Below are positions 59,037-64,000 of a DNA stretch of 64,000 bases, piece by piece (the stretch's first letter is position 1; the number at the start of each line of letters is the position of its first letter). Location: positions 19,877 to 83,876 of the IMG/VR virus record IMGVR_UViG_3300009117_000047, one strand, 5' to 3'. The DNA is from a virus. The notes beneath the pieces are model-generated. The model had not been told where the DNA came from. It did no database searches and worked only from the letters and a program-made list of their open reading frames with translations. The translations under genes were made by a program, and so were the position numbers.

Positions 59037-59448
59037 TATTTTTCTTTGTCATATCAATTACATTGTTTAAATAATCAATTATCCATGTGTCGCAGGTTTT
59101 CTTTTCCTGTTCAATCTTCTTGATATACAATTTCATTCTAGGAATTGCAACACTTAAATCAATTTTGTTTTGAGAAATAATATTTGTTAATTCCTTGATG
59201 TCATCTTTAAAAATATTGCAACCGTATGATCCTTGTAACCTTTCGGCTACTTTCAAAGGTTCTGTTATAGTATTCCCTGTAAAGTTATGACAACCGTCAC
59301 CAATACCGCAAGTAACGGCTATTACGTTAGCCATATACATTCCGTCACACAATCCAGTAATTGAAAAACGTATCATAATTTTTGATACAATTTCCTTTAT
59401 ATTTTCTGGTACAGTGTAACCCTCAAATTGTTTTTCATATATTTTCAT
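59017..59448 (-). CDS. hypothetical protein
   Basis: ORF track, SD. Confidence 0.7.
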   Translation of the reverse strand: MKIYEKQFEGYTVPENIKEIVSKIMIRFSITGLCDGMYMANVIAVTCGIGDGCHNFTGNTITEPLKVAERLQGSYGCNIFKDDIKELTNIISQNKIDLSVAIPRMKLYIKKIEQEKKTCDTWIIDYLNNVIDMTKKNIEFLEV

Positions 59449-59462
59449 AGTGTTATGCCTCC

Positions 59463-59867
59463 TTAAAATCCCATTTCATACTCATAGTTACCAACAATTA
59501 CATTATATGCGTCACAGTAATTCATACCATATATAGCTAATTTTTGAATTACATCGTCAAAATCGGTGCTACTTACTCTGTTATGATTTTTGATTCTGAT
59601 TACACCCAACTCAATAAGACCATTTCTTTCGCTTTCTCTTTGCTCCTTGTAACTGATTTCTTCACCTAACAAATTTCTTTCTTTCAAAGTAAAAAATGCT
59701 TCTTTTACAGAATGATAGCCCATATCTGAAAAGGTTGTTTTGTACGGATTTCCAAAAGGGAAACCGTGTTCTGAATCTACCGTATATTGTAAAAATGTGT
59801 TATTGTCTTCATCAAAAATTCTGATATAGTTCCAGCCTTCTTTTGTTACTTGTTTAAATGTTTTCAT
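59463..59867 (-). CDS. hypothetical protein
   Basis: ORF track, SD. Confidence 0.7.
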   Translation of the reverse strand: MKTFKQVTKEGWNYIRIFDEDNNTFLQYTVDSEHGFPFGNPYKTTFSDMGYHSVKEAFFTLKERNLLGEEISYKEQRESERNGLIELGVIRIKNHNRVSSTDFDDVIQKLAIYGMNYCDAYNVIVGNYEYEMGF

Positions 59868-60096
59868 GTTTATCTCTCCTTTTCTTGACTGGAAAAGGCT
59901 CAGTATGCTAATATAGCATTAACTAAGCCTTTTGGTTATAGTTGTATTGTTTAGGGTGCAGACGTTTTAGAGGACTGCTACACCCTATTTTTTATTTGTT
60001 GCAATGTGTTGCATAAATGGGCAACTGGATTATGAATCCGTAGGCTAAACCGTTACCCTGTTATAGATATGAAAACCTCCTTTTATTTGATTAAAA

Positions 60097-60318
60097 TTAA
60101 ATTGTATCTGTATAGTGAGCTGGACAATTTAAAACATTTTGAATTTGCTTTACAAAATAGTCTTGTATTGCTTGCATTACTTTTCTCCATTCGTCACGGT
60201 TTATTATTCCGTTCTGCAATAATCTGCCACAAAATACCTTATTATCAATTGTCTTTTGTTGTAATATGCCTAAATTACCATTATAAGAAAATTCAATATT
60301 AATTAATTCATTTACCAT
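60097..60318 (-). CDS. hypothetical protein
   Basis: ORF track, SD. Confidence 0.65.
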   Translation of the reverse strand: MVNELINIEFSYNGNLGILQQKTIDNKVFCGRLLQNGIINRDEWRKVMQAIQDYFVKQIQNVLNCPAHYTDTI

Positions 60319-60439
60319 TGTTATTTCCTCCCCATATTTTCAAATGTTAATAGTGTTCAATGCTTGCGGACTTGTGACCGTTTGACGTGTGTCAAGTGCA
60401 TTAAAACGGCTGTGTAGCCGTTTCACTCTGCAAGAAATA

Positions 60440-60913
60440 TTAATATCCTCTATTTGCTCTAAATGTTGCTGTATAATGATTTCTTTTAATCTCATAATTA
60501 CTAGGAAATCTATATTGTAAAAATTGAGGAATAACAACTTTTGTAAAATGTTCTACAAAAGCATCTATTGTAGATATACCACAATCAAACATGTAATTAA
60601 CAGCATCATCAATTTCCTTATTTGCTTTGTCAAGTTCACTCTTATCATAAGAAGTCATTCCTTCTCCGTTCCTATGTGTTATACTGTCAGAAAAAGAAAT
60701 GTTTTCGCCTCCCATTCTATCAGAAAACCATCTAAAATTGAGTCTCCATGTATTATCTTTTCCCTCCACTTCTTTAGAAATCTTGTACCCTTTTCTTTCT
60801 GTTCCTTCGATAAGTCCATGAATTAAAGAAATATATTCATTTCTCATATTTTCCTGTTCCTTTGTTTCTTCTAAAACTGCATTGAGTAATTCATCAAGTT
60901 TTTTCATATTCAT
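60440..60913 (-). CDS. hypothetical protein
   Basis: ORF track, SD. Confidence 0.7.
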   Translation of the reverse strand: MNMKKLDELLNAVLEETKEQENMRNEYISLIHGLIEGTERKGYKISKEVEGKDNTWRLNFRWFSDRMGGENISFSDSITHRNGEGMTSYDKSELDKANKEIDDAVNYMFDCGISTIDAFVEHFTKVVIPQFLQYRFPSNYEIKRNHYTATFRANRGY

Positions 60914-61409
60914 TTATCCTCCTATAGCTAAAATATTGATTTGAAGTTGTGTTAATATTTTGCGTTATGCCATTCCCCATCGAAAGCTGATAAAACTGTT
61001 ACCCCAAAAGCTCTTTGTTCTTGTGTCATATATTTAAACTTTATCCCAAACATTTTTTGTAATTCTGCTATTGCACATATATTCTTACCTGCTGCAATTT
61101 CTATAGCTAATTCTTTTGGTGTTTTCATATTTAAAACCTCCTTAAGTTTGTGTTATTGCTTTTTATTACTTTATTCCAGCCTAAAATATTGAGCGGTAAT
61201 AATACCAACTTTTAAATTTATAGTCCTGTAATATTCTTAATACTAAGCGTATAGCCTGTATTAGTAAGTAGAATTTGCAGTGTTCACCTTAAAAGATTTT
61301 AAGCTGAGTATAAAACAATAAAACTTTGTTATTCTTCGCTTATATCACATTCCTTTTTGAATTGCAGTTGACCGCAATTTGTTGCTGTTATTGCTATTTT
61401 GTTTCAAGT

Positions 61410-61435
61410 AAAAAAGCCAACTATGGAAAGCTGAC
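61410..61435 (-). terminator. intrinsic terminator/attenuator
   Basis: GTCAGCT-TTCCAT-AGTTGGC followed by T6. Confidence 0.65.
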
Positions 61436-61755
61436 TGGTTGTTTCTGTTTTGTGTTTTCTGGTTTCGTGTTGTTATTCTAAAGCTGCAACAAGCCTTAAA
61501 TTTTACAGGGCTACTTTTTCAGGTTGCGAGTGAACCACCCAACAAATAAATTGTTAGATTGCGTCACGCTCGGAGAACCGTTTCACTATCCTGTGATTCT
61601 ATCTCGTGAGTTATTTCCAGATTGAGTCATTATATTCCAGCGTATAATGAGTTTGATTAAATTGTGAGATAACTCTATCTGCATTTATAGAGGCTTTAGA
61701 CTCTTACCTTTTAGGTAGCTGCATTAAGTTTTTCTTTGTATTTCCCTTACCTTGT
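61410..61755 (-). ncRNA. candidate ~345-nt sRNA or attenuated leader
   Basis: Perfect promoter upstream, no ORF longer than ~15 codons seen, intrinsic terminator at the 3' end. Confidence 0.45.
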
Positions 61756-61761
61756 AATTAC

Positions 61762-61790
61762 ATTATACAGGATTTCCTGTAGTGTGTCAA
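61762..61790 (-). promoter_or_regulatory. sigma-A promoter TTGACA-17-TATAAT (extended -10) with palindrome TACAGG-N4-CCTGTA
   Basis: Perfect consensus; shares AACTATTGACACACTA with the 47308 promoter. Confidence 0.9.
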
Positions 61791-61837
61791 TAGTTTTTTC
61801 TGTATTTTCTAAAGTTTTTTCTGCATTCAATGGCAAA

Positions 61838-61870
61838 ATAAAAAGCCATCAACTTATATAGTTAATAGCT
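61838..61870 (-). terminator. intrinsic terminator after the HTH gene
   Basis: AGCTATTAAC-7-GTTGATGGCT then TTTTATTTT. Confidence 0.7.
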
Positions 61871-62079
61871 TAAAATTGCTTACCATCGGGAAATTGAAAG
61901 AATGAAATGTAATTACACCCTAATGCTTCAGACATTTTTTTAAAGTCGTCGTCTGAAAACTTACCTGTCTTTAGTCTTTGCGAAAATGCGTTTATATTGC
62001 TTCCTAACCGTCTTGCAAGCTCTGCTTTACTTATTCCTGCATAAGTACATGCAAGCTCTATTTTTTGCTGTATTGTCAA
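61870..62079 (-). CDS. XRE/Cro-family HTH regulator
   Basis: AGISKAELARRLG.N.NAFSQRL. Confidence 0.85.
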   Translation of the reverse strand: MTIQQKIELACTYAGISKAELARRLGSNINAFSQRLKTGKFSDDDFKKMSEALGCNYISFFQFPDGKQF

Positions 62080-62109
62080 TGAATCACCTTCTTATTATTG
62101 GATGGAAAT

Positions 62110-62138
62110 ATTATACCAATAGAAAGATAATAAGTCAA
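62110..62138 (-). promoter_or_regulatory. sigma-A promoter TTGACT-17-TATAAT for the HTH gene
   Basis: Near-consensus. Confidence 0.75.
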
Positions 62139-62178
62139 TCTAAGACCATTAACTATATGAAGTTATCAAAGTGCAGTA

Positions 62179-62207
62179 TTGCCAATAGATCAAAGAGTTG
62201 CTATAAT
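62179..62207 (+). promoter_or_regulatory. sigma-A promoter TTGCCA-17-TATAAT, antisense to the 34-aa gene
   Basis: Near-consensus, TGn extended -10. Confidence 0.7.
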
Positions 62208-62258
62208 AATATGAATAGGAGAGGACTTATACCAACCTTTAGTTGGATGCCTCTTGGG

Positions 62259-62363
62259 TTATGTTATGTAGTCGATATAATCGTTTTCGGTGCTAAACAA
62301 AATATATTTGCTTAACGCTGGTACATAACCCATGTAACCGTTTGAAATTGAATACCCTTTCAT
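62259..62363 (-). CDS. 34-aa small protein MKGYSISNGYMGYVPALSKYILFSTENDYIDYIT
   Basis: AGGAGG SD, own promoter at 62448-62476, downstream hairpin. Confidence 0.7.
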   Translation of the reverse strand: MKGYSISNGYMGYVPALSKYILFSTENDYIDYIT

Positions 62364-62447
62364 GGTTACAACCTCCTATTTAATTATTTAAGAATGGAGC
62401 AAGGTTTAAGTGTGTGGCTTATTTCTTTGCTCTTTTCTTATGTATTA

Positions 62448-62476
62448 AGTATAACCCGTAATACGCATATTATCAA
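62448..62476 (-). promoter_or_regulatory. sigma-A promoter TTGATA-17-TATACT
   Basis: Near-consensus; contains a CGTAATAC repeat. Confidence 0.65.
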
Positions 62477-62547
62477 GAAATATTTATTAAAATAGCATAC
62501 TAATATATTACCGTAATACTTATATATTTTATGCATATTGTATATAA

Positions 62548-62576
62548 TTGACTATATCAGTAATACGTTGTATAAT
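62548..62576 (+). promoter_or_regulatory. sigma-A promoter TTGACT-17-TATAAT (extended -10)
   Basis: Near-consensus, upstream of the RHH gene. Confidence 0.8.
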
Positions 62577-62621
62577 GGCATTTATAGCCCATCTAAGGCG
62601 ATTATAGAAAGGCGTGATTAA

Positions 62622-62885
62622 ATGGTTGACAATGCTAATAAACAAGCTAAGAACATAGATTATAAGGCAAGACAAAGACAATATAATGCTAAGTATGACG
62701 CTTTGAATATGAAGACATTTAGTGTCAAGATACGGTTAGAATTAAACGAAAAATTAGAGCAACATATTGAGTATTTAAAGTTGAATGATTCTAATGCCAA
62801 TAGAAACAAATTTGTCACTGATGCAATTCGTGAAAAGTTAGAGCGTGATACCATAAATAATATAGAGAACATAACAGAACGATAG
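62622..62885 (+). CDS. ribbon-helix-helix (CopG/Arc-like) DNA-binding protein
   Basis: KTFSVKIR beta strand + ELNEKLEQH helix + NKFVTDAIREKL helix; only convincing plus-strand gene. Confidence 0.7.
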   Translation: MVDNANKQAKNIDYKARQRQYNAKYDALNMKTFSVKIRLELNEKLEQHIEYLKLNDSNANRNKFVTDAIREKLERDTINNIENITER

Positions 62886-63060
62886 AGAGAACATTCGTTT
62901 GCTTATATGGTAAATTATAGAACTGGTGAGTGGGATTGTCAATAAGAGAATATAATGGGAAATATGGAAATGAATGGATAATATATGAATATTATGTGTA
63001 TACTATGCATTGAGTGATTAAGCGGAATATAAATGATAGTAGTTATTATTTGATACAAGT

Positions 63061-63694
63061 TGTGGTTAATGATAATGGTGTATGAGTGGAGCTAATGGTG
63101 GTAACTATTCAAGCGCAGGTTAGAGAATAATATATGTGATAATAGTTATTATATTGGTATGATTATTGGATAAACTTTAGTATTGATTAAGTATGTATAG
63201 TTAATAGATATTAATATCATATGATAATAGTTGTGGATAATTATGTGGATAACTAGGTTAGATTGTGGATAACTTTTAAGTTGTGTGGACAAATAGGAAT
63301 ATAGTATGTAGATATGATGGTATTTTCCACTTTGGATTATATAGTGATAGTATTATGGGATTGGTAACCAGTTTATATTATAGCATACAATTGTATGAGA
63401 TGATAGAGCGGAAGTTGGTATTAAACTTATACTTAGTATAGAATATATATTAGGTATAAAAAATATACTTAGTATCTTTTAGATAGTATAAGATTTTTAT
63501 ATAATATAGCGAAACTTTCCATTAAGCGAACAATAGTATATTATCCTACATTATCATACTTCATCCTATTTTATCCTACTTTTTCCCCAGTATTTTCCAT
63601 TTATTATACTCATATTTCTATCATTCTACCTGCATCATTTAACCATCAATAATTACCATTTATTACCATAGTTTGGTATAATCCATGTGGATAA
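63061..63694 (+). promoter_or_regulatory. oriC-like replication origin: DnaA-box cluster plus AT-rich unwinding-type region
   Basis: TGTGGATAA at 63232, 63244, 63264, 63686; one-mismatch at 63061 and 63284; AT-rich TAGTAT repeats 63420-63510; no ORFs. Confidence 0.7.
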
Positions 63695-64000
63695 TGCCAT
63701 AAGTTAGCCACTTTAAACTATGAGAAAATCCTTATTTTTCAAGGGTTTATCCTTAATTGTATCCATATGATAGGGGGCATGGTTTACATTTTGAAAACAC
63801 TTCCATTTTGCTAAAAAGCCCCTATCTATTCCATCCACACCTCACTTCCAATTTTCACGTCCGAAACTATTCCTAAATTTTCCATCATCACTCAATTTTC
63901 ACCCAAAATCACCCTAAAATACTTCGGTACGTCTTTCGGTAGAATTCCCTATTTATCTACACTTTCTCTACTTCACCATTACAACTCAAACTTTCCTATT

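Larger units (their letters stand above)
2430..60944. repeat. family of 16-bp palindromic junction sites TAAAA-N6-TTTTA
   Basis: Perfect copies start at 2602, 3397, 3746, 4005, 4842, 6291, 7838, 9345, 9741, 10759, 11361, 13983, 14737, 16201, 19652, 20029, 31403, 32675, 33563, 34911, 36151, 37092, 38479, 41992, 42860, 44653, 44862, 48774, 51568, 52998, 55024, 55966, 56239, 57006, 58238. One-mismatch copies at 2430, 2802, 5510, 9598, 12123, 12772, 19378, 20500, 21123, 36554, 40330, 43724, 44148, 47385, 50175, 52130, 53707, 54050, 56682, 58530, 60929. Confidence 0.9.

Noticed and set aside
61288-61303. CTTAAAAGATTTTAAG as a junction site
   Set aside because: Core is 2 bp, not 6; treated as a leader hairpin.
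675-62315. Plus-strand ORFs in the track other than 62622-62885
   Set aside because: They are antisense shadows of well-supported minus-strand genes, with no SD and low-complexity F/S/L/I-rich translations.
1-64000. Stop-codon reassignment (seen in some gut phages)
   Set aside because: Long genes (dnaE, ligA, helicase, dnaN) are intact in the standard code and both TAG and TGA terminate genes normally.
1-64000. Complete tRNA genes, reverse transcriptase (retron/DGR), arbitrium AimR/AimP
   Set aside because: No full cloverleaf, no YxDD RT motif set, and no TPR regulator with an adjacent secreted peptide recognised in this window.

Overview
AT-rich (about 70% by eye) 64-kb segment of a large temperate Firmicutes (Clostridia/Lachnospiraceae-like) phage or phage-plasmid. 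Its layout resembles SPbeta early/replication regions, and about 120 genes lie almost all on the minus strand. It encodes its own replisome (DnaE, DnaB-like helicase, DnaG primase, beta clamp, SSB, NAD ligase, Sak3-like annealase, ERCC4 and PD-(D/E)XK nucleases). Other recognisable products are nucleotide/DNA-modification enzymes (ThyX-like, circularly permuted C5 methyltransferase, PAPS-reductase family, Thg1, pyrimidine-dimer glycosylase), one intact and one apparently inactive tyrosine recombinase, an orphan MazF, and an oriC-like DnaA-box cluster at the right end. The most striking unexplained structure is a 16-bp palindromic site, TAAAA-N6-TTTTA, with a different 6-bp core in every perfect copy. 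I found 35 perfect and about 20 one-mismatch copies at junctions of small accessory genes, often containing the upstream stop codon and followed by the next Shine-Dalgarno, and none in the core replication operon. Five copies carry a tandem pair of NrdR-box-like motifs 11 nt away, one of them just downstream of the intact recombinase. This suggests an integron-like, recombinase-driven gene-cassette system in a phage (inference, untested). A second dispersed 20-mer marks promoters, and several structured non-coding elements occur, including an anticodon-less tRNA mimic. All family calls come from motif recognition by eye; no database searches were run.
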